Assembly (NCBI GenBank): GCA_020184695.1
Contig: JAANOX010000032.1
Coordinates: 124,001-188,000 of the forward strand
DNA from: Histomonas meleagridis 2922-C6/04-290x
Lineage: Eukaryota > Protista > Parabasalia
DNA: 64,000 nt
Reading direction: 5' to 3'
Position 1 is the stretch's first letter. The number at the start of each line of letters is the position of its first letter. Below are positions 1 through 11,585 of this stretch, in pieces. The translations under genes and the position numbers were made by a program. A model generated the notes under the pieces. The model saw only the letters and a program-made list of their open reading frames with translations, was not told the origin of the DNA and did not search any database.

Positions 1-75
1 TCAATTCCTTCTTGTTCAAGAAGTAATTTAACAATTTCTATATTACCTTTAATAGATGCAATCAAAAGTGCTGTA
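1..75 (-). repeat. Ankyrin cassette (partial, runs off left edge) of a 170-nt cassette array
   Basis: Minus strand reads TALLIASIKGNIEIVKLLLEQEGI, preceded by a spacer remnant containing AATAATATTTGG. Confidence 0.85.
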
Positions 76-92
76 TAAAATAATTTAAATAA

Positions 93-863
93 TTACCAAA
101 TATTATTTAAAAATTCCAAATATTCGATTAATGAAACAGGATGTTTAAGGAAACTATAACATTTAGTGAATTTTTCATAAATTGATTCTGGTAATGACTT
201 ATTAACATCATATTTTTTGTTTGATATTATTTCTTGAAGTTGTTCAACATCATCATTACGTATTGCTTTCGTTACTTCAAAAGGATTTCCTTCGTTAATG
301 TTTTTTTTATGCTCTTCAAAATTGCTTCCTTTTTGTTGACGAATTAATTCAATGAGATCTTTATTTATTCCAAAGGTGAAAACCTGATTTTCAATTGATG
401 AAATTTGTTCTTTTGTTAATAAATGAACAAAGTATTGGTTGTTTATGAAGGTATTTCGATCAAAACTAATTAAATTGTTTTCTATTAATTTAGCTAATAT
501 ATAATAGGACTCTCTAGAACGCAGTGTAAGTAAATAACTTTTAAACATTGAAAATAATTGTGGATTTTCTTTAAGAATTTCTTCTTCCTTTTTTTGAATA
601 AATTGTAAATATTGAAAATATACATTTATGTCTTTACGTTGTGAAAGATATGTTGCATAAATATTTCTTATTAGAACTGCATTAAATGAAATTGAAAAAT
701 TAGGATCAAATAAATTCATGGTTAATTTAACAGTCAATTGAATGTTTTCTTGATTTAAATTAAAAACTAAGTCACTAATGTCTTGAAGATATTTGATTTC
801 TTCTTTTGGATTTCTCATTGTTGTTTTGTTGGTTATGAAAAAAAAAGGTTCGGAATACAGCAC
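93..863 (-). pseudogene. DUF3447-type ankyrin-family gene, internally truncated and joined to a cassette spacer
   Basis: Family motifs AIRNDDVEQLQEI and SLIEY are present. The expected YAAFxGS..CFKYL continuation, seen in the copy at 6944-7017, is replaced by spacer sequence. Confidence 0.7.
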
Positions 864-1714
864 TTTTAAATATGACGGTTATGTACATTATTTCATGTAT
901 GGATTTTACATAATATAATGTGCGACATCACTACTAGTGTGTGTTTTCTAAGAAAAAAATTTAGCACATAATGTACAAGAAAGAGTTTTTTATAAGTTTG
1001 ATGATGTTTCGAATCAATTTCAAAAGATATTTTTCTGCTTTTTTCAGATATTTTATTGAATTTCTTTTTATTTTAAATAAATACTTAGCATATAAATTAT
1101 AAATAAGGACTTTAAATTAATCTGTTGGTGGATACATTTCATGGATTTTAATAAATGCATAAACATATGATCACCATTTTATTCATCATATCACTTAAAA
1201 GATTTGATAATTAATCGTCACCATCATTATGCGTTTGAAAATGATCATCAAAATAATCTAATATGTCAGGACATGAATATTCCAGATTGAATATTATCTA
1301 AAAAAAATGCTTCTCTAAAATTCAAGTCCTTTTTAAAGATATGTTTCTCAAACTCTTTCTTAGATCGATCTATTAAATTAGAGAATAAAGGAGTTAAATG
1401 AATATATATTAAAGAAAATTGTTTATCTTTTCTAATTTGATTAAATAACTTTAAGTAATAACCTTGATTTGTTTCTATAGGTAAAATCATGAAATGTAAA
1501 TATAAAAAACTATTCCAATCAAATAAATGTGATTCCTTGAACTCGATGTGACCAAATCTTTAATAAATGTTGTTTTAATTCCTTAAAATTATCTGAGTTT
1601 AAACATTCAATAGCTTCATTAAATTCAAGTTTAAACTTTTATATTATAATTTGAACTTCATAAATATGTCATAAAAGTCTTTAACAATATATTTCGTAAA
1701 TTTAAATTTAAATT

Positions 1715-3486
1715 TTACTTTTTATTCAAGCTTAAGACAATAAAAGTATTTTGACAAATTAATGCTATAATTATAATTGCAAATAATATTTTCGATGATA
1801 CTTTTCTTGAGCTTGTTTTGATTTCATCTGTTTGTATACTTACATCATCTTTTATTACAGCATGAGTATTTGTTTCATTTGACTTCTCCACAACTTTTTC
1901 TTTTTCATCATAATTTTTAACTTTTTGCTTTTCTTTTGGATTTTGTAAGGTACTTTTTGTTTCGGACTGTTTGGATATTGATAAGTTATTGAATTTTATG
2001 ACATCATCATTTTGCATTCTATTTGAACTCCAACTTCCGATTCCCCAACCTCTGTTTGAACCATTACGAGAATTTTCAGTGGCTCCTTTCTTGCGAAGAA
2101 GTTCAGCTATTTCTGAATTATCATTCGAATTTGCTAAATCAAGTGCAGTCTCAAATAATTTTAGCGATTTCCAAATATTTTAATGAAATACCGAAAAAAT
2201 AAAACAAATATATAATAATATAAATGAATACCTTTGGCATTAACATCAATTCCATCTTGTTCAAGAAGTAATTTAACAATGTCTTCATCTCCATCTCTTG
2301 CTGCTTCCATAAGTGCTGTTCTAAATAACTTAAACAAATTTTAAATATTATTTTGAAACATGAAATAAGGAAAATAAATTGCAAACATTAGAAAGAAATT
2401 CCTTTTTCATTAATATCAACTAATTTTTCATCAAGAAAGAATTTCACTACATCATATTGTCCAGATGCAGCTGCAATTGTAAATGGAGTATCAAATACTT
2501 TAAATAATTTCCAAATATTTTATTGAAATACCAAATAATTAATATGAATATAATAAAATAGAAATAAATATTTTTAATTTTAAGATCAATACCTTCTTGT
2601 TTAACAAGAAATTGGATAACTTCTAATTGACCATCTTTACATGCCCGTGTAAGTCCTGAATTAAATGTATAAAATAAATTTGAAATATTATTTCGTAACA
2701 TAAAATAAAAAATATGAATTCCAAACATTAGAATGAAATACCTTTCATATTAATATCAACTAATTTTCGTTCAACGAATAATTTCACAATGTCAGTTTGT
2801 CCATTTCCACATGCAATTATAAATGCTGTATCAAATGATTTGAATAATTTTTATATATTGTTATTAAATACCAAATAAATAAAATAAATATATAATTATT
2901 TAAAGAAATATCCCTCGCATTAACATCAATTCCTTTTTGTTCAAGAAGTAATTTAACAACATCTATGTAGCCATTTAAACATGCTTGCATTAGTGCTGAT
3001 CTAAAGAATTTATATAAATTCGAAATATTATTTTGATATATAAAATTATTAAAACAAACAAAAAATAAAACAAATTAATACCTTTAGCATTAATATCAAT
3101 TCCTTTTTGCTCAAGAAGTAATCTAACAATGTCTATATGGCCATTTCCACATGCTGTTATAAGTGCTGTATTAAATAATTATAATAATTTCTAAATATTA
3201 ATATGAAATATTAAATTGTTAAAATAAATTCTAAATATAACAAACAAATATCTTTAGCATTAACGTCAAATCCTTCTTGTTCAATAAATTGTTTTACAAT
3301 TTCTATACGACCATTTGCAGCTGCTTGTATAAGTGAAATATTCAATAAATTAAATAAATTCCAAATTATAGAAAAAAATACTAAAACATTAGGATAATTA
3401 CTAAAAAAAAAAATAATTGGAGCATCGCTATTAATTCCTTTCTCTTTGCTGTTGTAAATGAAACCCAACATATCATTTGACGACAT
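1715..3486 (-). other. Ankyrin gene split into 7 cassettes plus a terminal capping repeat, ending in a unique tail with a C-terminal hydrophobic segment
   Basis: Third-codon anchors at 3331, 3161, 2991, 2821, 2651, 2481, 2311 and 2141 give a 170-nt period. The last unit, TALDLANSNDNSEIAELLRKKG, is in frame with ORF 1715..2017, which ends ILFAIIIIALICQNTFIVLSLNKK. Confidence 0.8.
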
Positions 3487-4586
3487 TAAGTAAATGAAAT
3501 TTGACCTGGGAAGTTTAAACCGTTTGTTGTCATTCCAATAGTTTACACTTCCATAAAGTATTCAATGAATTATTGTGACACGCATCACTTTTTTAATGCA
3601 TTTTAATCGGACTGTATTTTACCAAACCGTTTTTCATTGATTATTTTTATTTAAAATATGTGTCATTTATATTTTCATTGAAAATCGAATTGAAAAAATG
3701 ATAATTTCTTTAAAAAAGTGGGATCGTTTTCTATCGTTCTAAATTTACCCTTTAAAAATCGATTGAGAGGATTTGGAGGTTCGGTCTGCGGTTGTGTAAT
3801 TGATCCGGATTAAACACTTCAATGTTTTAGTCATTGTGATTTCATTATTTATAAATCAATTATTAAGGATTTAAACTTTATATCATTATTGGAGTTATTT
3901 ATGCATACGTTATTGTAATCACAATAGTTAATATTGTTTTAGTTCGAATTAATAAAACCATAAGAGTCAAAATCAGAATTCTAAAACAAAAAGATGTTAA
4001 CAATTAAACGGTTGAGTCAGAATTTGATATTCCTGATGATATTAAAGTTGACCTTTTACAAATAATCTCTGAAGTTAAATTCAAAACAAAAAGCAAATCG
4101 ATGCAAACGTTTTTACCTAAATCTAAACTAAATAATAAAAGACAATTTGCCTTTTATTTATTTATAATGGCATTTTATTAGGAAGAGATATCATAAGAAT
4201 AACACGTTAAGTATGTATAATATGGAATTCCACACAGCTTTATCTTTATTTAGAAAAATTTTTGGGAAGGATCACACTAATCAAGAATCGAACTGTTGAT
4301 TCGGATTTCTCTGTAAAACGGTTGAATTTTTTGAACGATTCAATTTCTGGTGAATTGAATTCGATCGTTTTACGTTTAAGGACGGTAGGCTATCAAAAAA
4401 ACCGATATTTCTCAGGATTTTGACGCTTTGACATTTTTGTGTGCCTACCATGGCTTGTCGGTTATATAAACTATTCAACGACCTAGCTTTTTCTTAGCAC
4501 CAAACCGTCGGTATAGTCAATTTGAACTCAAAAGAATTTAACTTTTAAAACAACACAATTACAAATCCCTTTCGAAGCACCATACA

Positions 4587-6245
4587 ATGTTCAAAATTTA
4601 TATCGAATCAGCAGAAAATATTGTAAACCCTTCGTCAAAGTCGCCACCAGATCCATACGTTAAAGTATTTTCATATACAGCAGGAACAAGATATTTTTTA
4701 GGAGAAACTAAATACGCAAAGAAAACAACGAATCCAGTATGGGATGTAGACTTCAAGAGATCACTTACTTTCCCTTTTTTCTATACAGAAAACTTAACAT
4801 TAAAAATTTATGATCATAATGTTTTGCAAAAAGATGTTAATATAGGAACAGCAATAGTACCAATGCTACCTGAAAACCACGACAAGCCGATAAAAATTCC
4901 TGTTCAATCTGTAAAAGATGCTCCTGCTAACTCATTTATAATGATTAAGTACTTACTACCATGCAAAAACTTTTCATCCGATTCAAATCCTGAAACTAAT
5001 TTTTCATATCATCTCTTCTTTACATATCCACAACCATATTTCCCAAGTCCAACAGAATTCCGAATTTATACTCGTGAGTACAACATTAAAGATGGCTTAG
5101 TTAAGTGTTATCCACTTTCCAATGAAATTCAAACACTTCCATATTTCCAAAATTCAGAAGGACTTTGTCTTGGGCCATCTGGCCTAACACCATTTTTCCG
5201 CTTTCAAACTACATATTCTTTCCAAGATACAGCATTTGTACTTTTTATTTCACCAACAACGTATTCTGGACCTATCACGCTCAACATCTTATCAAATCCA
5301 CATCTTTATGAATTCAGTCGCTATCAAAAGCTTAATAAAAAAGCACATTATACCACAAACATATATGATGTCTCCAAATATAAATTAATCGAACAATGTA
5401 CATTTAATGTTACCCCTAACACAGTAACAGCGGCTCCAACTTACGTTCGAGTTTGTACTAACTTGGTCGTGTTCCAAAAGCTAAAACCAGGACATTTCAA
5501 AACAAATCAATTGACATTCGACATGTCACATGATTTTGGCTTAACGGCCTCTCAAATTTTGTATCCGAATCAAAAGTTTTGGCAGCGGTTAATATCGGCG
5601 CCCGATAGGCCTCTATCGTTCTCACAAGCTCTTCAATATTATCATGCAAAGTATCCAAAGGAAATAATCTTTGCATTAGGGTGGGAAAACTGTAACATTG
5701 ACTTGTCTTGTATTGCATATTCTTTCAATAATGGAAAATATTCAATCGAAACAATTGTGTATTATTCGAAAGTTAGTAGTTTAAGTGGTGCAATACAACA
5801 CAGTGGGCGTAACAAAGAAGGCTGCAAACGCGACATTGAACATCATCACAAAACTCATCGATATCAAGATGATGAAAAAATTCGAATCAAATTCAAGAAG
5901 TTCCCCAAGAAAAAATCAATCAAATACTTTGCGATATGTATTACGTCACCAGATTTAATACCTATTAATGAAGTCGATGCGGCTTATTTAAGGATATTAT
6001 CTGACGATAAAAAATTCGAATATTTGTTCTATCCTATACCTAAAGCAAGGAAAACAGCTTCGATAATCGCACTGGCGGAATACAATAGCCAAAATGATGC
6101 TTGGGATATCAATCCATTGTACTACAACACTTCCGATCACAACCCGAAAGAACTTGCAAATCGATTCTTAAGCGTAATGAACAACGAAGAAGAATTTAGC
6201 AGAGTTCTATCGGGCAATTCTCAAAATTATAATTATAATAAATAA
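4587..6245 (+). CDS. C2 domain plus C-terminal TerD-like domain protein
   Basis: The N-terminus has C2 motifs (PDPYVKV, TTNPVWD, LKIYDH). The C-terminus has TerD-like motifs (FALGWE..IDLSC, IVYY..SLSGAIQHSG, DDEKIRI). Confidence 0.75.
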   Translation: MFKIYIESAENIVNPSSKSPPDPYVKVFSYTAGTRYFLGETKYAKKTTNPVWDVDFKRSLTFPFFYTENLTLKIYDHNVLQKDVNIGTAIVPMLPENHDKPIKIPVQSVKDAPANSFIMIKYLLPCKNFSSDSNPETNFSYHLFFTYPQPYFPSPTEFRIYTREYNIKDGLVKCYPLSNEIQTLPYFQNSEGLCLGPSGLTPFFRFQTTYSFQDTAFVLFISPTTYSGPITLNILSNPHLYEFSRYQKLNKKAHYTTNIYDVSKYKLIEQCTFNVTPNTVTAAPTYVRVCTNLVVFQKLKPGHFKTNQLTFDMSHDFGLTASQILYPNQKFWQRLISAPDRPLSFSQALQYYHAKYPKEIIFALGWENCNIDLSCIAYSFNNGKYSIETIVYYSKVSSLSGAIQHSGRNKEGCKRDIEHHHKTHRYQDDEKIRIKFKKFPKKKSIKYFAICITSPDLIPINEVDAAYLRILSDDKKFEYLFYPIPKARKTASIIALAEYNSQNDAWDINPLYYNTSDHNPKELANRFLSVMNNEEEFSRVLSGNSQNYNYNK

Positions 6246-6424
6246 ATTTAATTTTTTAAAGATTTGTATCAATGTTTCCTTGATTAGGTAAAATGTAATG
6301 AAAGGACATTTATATTTCTGATTGTTTTAATAGATATAAATGGTTACGTCTTTAGCAATTATTAAAAATATTATTTTAAAAAATCATCAATTCGGATGTT
6401 TGGTATTTTCATCTGGAGAAGGAA

Positions 6425-7017
6425 ATATTGAACTTGTTGAATTAGTCCCAAAACAAAAAATTTGAAATTGATATTAATGCTAAAGATATTTATTTGTTTT
6501 ATTTAATGTTTATTTTATTATTTTGGTCTTCACAAGATAAGTGATATGATGATTTGATTGGAATTATTTGCGTTTTGCTAATGGAATTGTTGTATTTTTG
6601 GTGAAAAGTAATTACTTATGTAATACTTTGTTCATTTATTAAAGAACAAATTTCATCAATTGAAAAAGAAATTGAAAAGAGCTACTCCAATAAAATAAAT
6701 AAAGATCTCATTGAATTAATTCGTCAACAAAAAGGAAGCAATTTTGAAGAGCATAAAAAAAACATTAACGAAGGAAATCCTTTTGAAGTAACGAAAGCAA
6801 TACGTAATGATGATGTTGAACAACTTCAAGAAATAATATCAAACAAAAAATATGATGTTAATAAGTCATTACCAGAATCAATTTATGAAAAATTCACTAA
6901 ATGTTATAGTTTCCTTAAACATCCTGTTTCATTAATCGAATATGCAGCATTTTATGGATCGATTAATTGTTTTAAATATTTATTAGATAAAGGTTGCAAT
7001 ATTACTATCTACTAATA
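6425..7017 (+). pseudogene. Scrambled relic: ankyrin cassette fragment followed by a DUF3447-type gene fragment
   Basis: About 6425-6520 reads GNIELVE...EIDINAKDIYLF. About 6695-6943 is a near-identical inverted copy of 120-369 and continues YAAFYGSINCFKYLLDKG. Confidence 0.75.
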
Positions 7018-8814
7018 GATGAGTTTAAAATTTTTTTTGTGAAATTAACATATTTTCTGAAATAAAAAGGAAAAATACATTTTTACAAAACGACCGTTTA
7101 TTACCAGATGCTATACTCGTTGATGAACAACAATAAAATGCGAATCTCCAATTGTTATTACATTTTCTCCAATGACAGCTGCTTATAAATGGATCTAAAT
7201 TTTGTTATTTTTCTAATATTAAATTTGTTTTCATATCTTTATGCAATTAATTTTTTTAACATAATTTAATTCTACCTAAGTCATCGCACATCGCACCCCC
7301 GATGAATTTCCCCTTATGATTAAGGTTTATGACCCCTTGCGTCAAATTACTTTCAACTTTATGAAATTCTAAGATATTAAATTTATTTCAATGCCATTTT
7401 GTACCAAAATAATTTTTCTATCCAACTATTTGAAGACAGGTATTCAAATACAACTTCTACAAAATGATATTAAAATTTTAAAGTATTTGTTTTAAAAAAG
7501 TAAATTAATTATTGTTGCCTTGTTTCTGTGGATAATGTAAAGGCATGAAACACTGATAAAACTTGGATTAACCTTATTAAAAACTTGGAATAGCTTAAGA
7601 ATACCAAGAATGATAAGTGTTTGGTAAAATATTCAAATAGTTTATGAATCTAAATGAAAAAATCATTTTTTTTGTTGTTCATTTATCGAGAAAATATATT
7701 TGTTTTTTCTTTTTGAATAAATCGATTTGTTTAGACATATAATTCGCTTCTAAGATACTGCTGGATACAAGAAAGGAGCTGTCATCAAAAAACAATAAGT
7801 AATTTTAAAAAAAAATGTTCATTGTTTATGAAGATTTTTTCTGTGAATGTTTTTGAATGAATTAGATTTTAATTTGACTGTAAAAGGCAGCCAGATTTTA
7901 AAATAATTGAAATGACTATATAGAAAAGTTGAAAATTTTATTTGAAAGCTCAGTATTGAATTATTGTTGTATTGAGTGATTTTGATCGTTTTGTGTGTAA
8001 AATTGATATGATTACAATAATATTTTGTATCAAGTTAAAAGCGAAAATGAGAAGAGAACATTATCATCTCACTTATCATTGTTTAACTCGTATCGATTAA
8101 GTTTTTGATGACAATTTCAATTTCAGATGGAAAACAATAGGTTTCATACATTTTTGATGAAAATTTGAAGGTTTTTTGTTTGAGTTAAAATCAAGAATAT
8201 ATCTTCCAATTCCAATCATCAAATTGATGAAAAAATATGAAATATATCTATTAATGACTTTCAGCATTTGTTTTATTGACTTTATTTCCAACACATTTCA
8301 TGATGAAAATATTTTTCATAAAAATATAAAATATATAAAAAAAAAAAACAAAAATGAAACAGCAAATCAACAGATCCATAACGAATATTCTCATTATCTG
8401 TTCAATAATAACAAAAATCATTCAAATAACAAAATTTTATTTTTCTCATATGAAAAGATTCATAAAATAAGTTATAAATATTATCATTTATTAAGTCATT
8501 TGTTTACAAATTTATTTGCTATCTTTAAAAAATGTTTCGAATTAACTTCTTCTTCTAAATTTAAAAATCACTTTATTTATTCTTTGAAGAAAATTCTATT
8601 TTATTTTGATATTTATATAATAAATAAAGTCAAAATATTTTACATTTTATTGAGGAATTTCTTTTGTTACATATTTAAATCAACAATTAACAATTTATAT
8701 ATTATTCCATTTTTAATTATATTTAATATTCTTTTTCAATTTATTAAATATTTTTATAAAAGTTATTTAATTTATGATAAAAATAAACAAAATTTCAAAA
8801 TATTTTTGATTTTA

Positions 8815-10359
8815 ATGATTATATTTTTTGTTAATACAAAGCAATCATTTGATGAAACAACTAAAACACTCACAATATCTGATTCCAATGATTTTTCAAA
8901 TTTTTATATGAATGTTACTGAGTACGTTATAATTATTGATGTTGGCGAGCTTGAAAGTGATGCATTCAGAGAATGGCCTTTATTAACAACAGTAATAATT
9001 GGAGAAACAGTTGGATATATAAATAGTGGAGCATTTGCATCATGTAAACAATTAGAATATGTCCAATTTCCAGATAAATTAATGGGTGGAATTGGAGGTG
9101 GTGCATTTGCAGAATGTATTTCATTAAATAACATTACAATTCGTTGTAATACCATTAGTGATAATGCATTTTACAAATGTATAGGACTTGAAACGATAAC
9201 ATTATATGAAGGCGTCCGAAGTATTGGATCAGATGCATTCAGAGGATGTACAAACCTTGTGAATATTTATATACCAAGTTCTGTTACTTCAATTGGGAAT
9301 GCATTTTTAGAATGTACGAAACTTCAATTTATTAATGTTTCAGAAGAAAATATTGGATATTCGAATTATGAAAATGATGGCGTTTTATATGCTAAAGAAA
9401 TTACATATATTATTAGTTATCCAAATATGAAAAGTAAAACATTTACAATTCCTAATTCGGTCATTTCTATTATGAATTATTCTTTTGTTATTGTAATAAT
9501 TTAGAAAGAATTTTTATTGGTGAAAATATTCAATATATTAATTCATGTGCATTTTTTAATTGTACATCACTTCAATGTATTCATTATAATGGCGAAATTT
9601 CACCAGAAATACAAAATGATGCATTTGTTAATATCAATGCGACAACAGTTATGACAACAGAAAATTATCAAAATGAAACATTTGGAAATATGAATGTTAC
9701 AAAGGGAACAACACTTGACGAATGTCTCCCGCCAACACGCACATTCACTGACTCAAATACATTTACAAAATTAAATACATTTATCAAATCGAATACATTT
9801 ACGAAATCAAAAAATAATTTTGATGCAAATACTTATGTTAATACGTTTTCGATGAATTTTACTTTCGTTAACACTTATACTTTAACATATTCTTTATCTT
9901 TTATAAAAACTTTATCAATTTATTATTATACTTTCTTAAAATCTTATTCAGTTACTTTTATTGAATCTGAAACTAAATATATTTATGTTGATTTTATATA
10001 TTATAATTATACAATTATATATTATCCAGAATATTTTTACTTATTATTCTAATTTCTTTTATATTTCTTATATCGAAGATGTAATAATAAACAATGATAA
10101 TAATGCATTAATTATCATTATAATTGTTATTGTAATTGTAATAATTATTGTATTTGTAATGATAATCATAATATTTATGATTAAATATCAAAATAAGAAG
10201 CGAAAACAAAATGAAGAAGAAATGAATGTTTCAGATGAAAATAATAATAAAATTAATGAAATAGATAATACATTTTCAGTTGGTATTAATAATTCAAATA
10301 TTGAAGAAGATCCATTTGCAGACGATTTCAAAGAAGAAAAATTTATCAGTCAGATATAA
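8815..10359 (+). pseudogene. BspA-type leucine-rich-repeat surface protein with transmembrane segment and cytosolic tail, broken by two homopolymer frameshifts (pseudogene or sequencing error)
   Basis: TpLRR/BspA repeats (IGxxAFxxCxxL), an SNTFT-type Thr-rich stalk, a hydrophobic transmembrane stretch and the tail EEDPFADDFKEE. One T lost near 9485 and one T gained near 10035 restore a single frame. The start is inferred at ATG 8815. Confidence 0.8.
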
Positions 10360-11259
10360 ATAAACATATTTTAAGTACAAAATATTTTAATTTGTTTATT
10401 CTTTTAATAAATACAAACTTTTATGTTATTTAGCAAATTTTATGTTTCTTCTATTATATGATTATTATAGTAAATCCAATTTATCCAAATCATAAACACT
10501 AAATGTAAATGATAAATAAAATAAAGAAAAAATTGGAAATTTAGAGATATTATGGTAAAAATGCATTATTTTTTTTAAAAATCAAAAGAAAGTTATTTCA
10601 ATTTCAAATAAGTGTTCGTCTTGAGTAGTTCTGCTTTTATCTGTGATAACTTAAGTTTGGACAAAAAGTAAATTATTATGAAAATAACAAATATATCGTT
10701 AATTCATCGTATATAATGAACGCATTTTTTAACATAATTATGAAGTATAGAATCATTATGTAAAAGTTTATCATAATTTTCTTGTTGTTTTCCTAAAATG
10801 ATGAGCGTTCATTTGTCAAACAATGTATAAAATAAAAAGTTTTTTTTGAGTATAGACCATGGTCAGCTGGATGTATGAAAGCTTACAATTTTACTTCAGC
10901 ATATTATCAATGCATAATGAGCTATTGGATGTTGCTTTATAATTTAAGGATACAACATCAAGTACAAAACAAATCGAAGAAGTAAACAGTTTAAGATTAA
11001 GAAATGATGTACGTTTAATATACGTTATTCAAAGCTCAATGTTTCATCATTAACTAGTTCATGCTTTTTAATTATGATACAATTAACACAAAGTTAGATA
11101 CCTCTTTTATATAAATTTAGAGGTTATCCGAATTTGTTAATTTCAATAACATTTCAGTATCTTGAATTAAAGATATTGATAATATAAATAATAAATGCCA
11201 ATTAGAGAGTAAATAAAAACAGTTTCAGTTTATTAAAAAAAAAAAAAAACATATGTTTC

Positions 11260-11409
11260 CTAATTTTCCTTCTTTCCAAGAAGATATGTTGGATCAACAG
11301 GTAACTTTATATTGTCATTATGTTTAATGCAAATTGGGCATCTCCATTCGAATGGCTTTGTCATTTCATATCCGCATACTGGGCATTTTTCCTTTGTTAC
11401 GCCTGGCAT
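11260..11409 (-). CDS. 49-aa zinc-ribbon/rubredoxin-like microprotein (below the ORF-track cutoff)
   Basis: My translation is MPGVTKEKCPVCGYEMTKPFEWRCPICIKHNDNIKLPVDPTYLLGKKEN*, which has CxxC-x11-CxxC. Confidence 0.6.
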   Translation of the reverse strand: MPGVTKEKCPVCGYEMTKPFEWRCPICIKHNDNIKLPVDPTYLLGKKEN

Positions 11410-11585
11410 ATTCTTTTGTGGTCGGCCAATTTTACAAAGTCTGCTTGAATTTAGCTTTATCGTTACTCGCTGTTATGACGCGGATTTGAATCACATTACT
11501 CGAAAAAGAATCATTATAACGGTTTCGACATAAGCAATTCAAATAGCCGATAAAATTTCATTTAAAAAGTTATAAACATGTTTAT

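Noticed and set aside
1266-1490. Small ORFs at 1266..1490, 4281..4478, 59866..60129 and similar short track ORFs
   Set aside because: They have no recognisable motif and are consistent with chance ORFs or decayed fragments.
3170-3249. A single programmed -1 frameshift as the general explanation for the spacers
   Set aside because: This spacer has a stop in the incoming frame at codon 13 and later stops in the outgoing frame, and there is no in-frame X XXY YYZ slippery heptamer. It stays possible only for a subset.
8176-8814. 213-codon N-terminal extension of the BspA ORF
   Set aside because: It has an extreme F/I/K/N/Y composition typical of chance-open AT-rich non-coding DNA, and a signal-like start exists at 8815.
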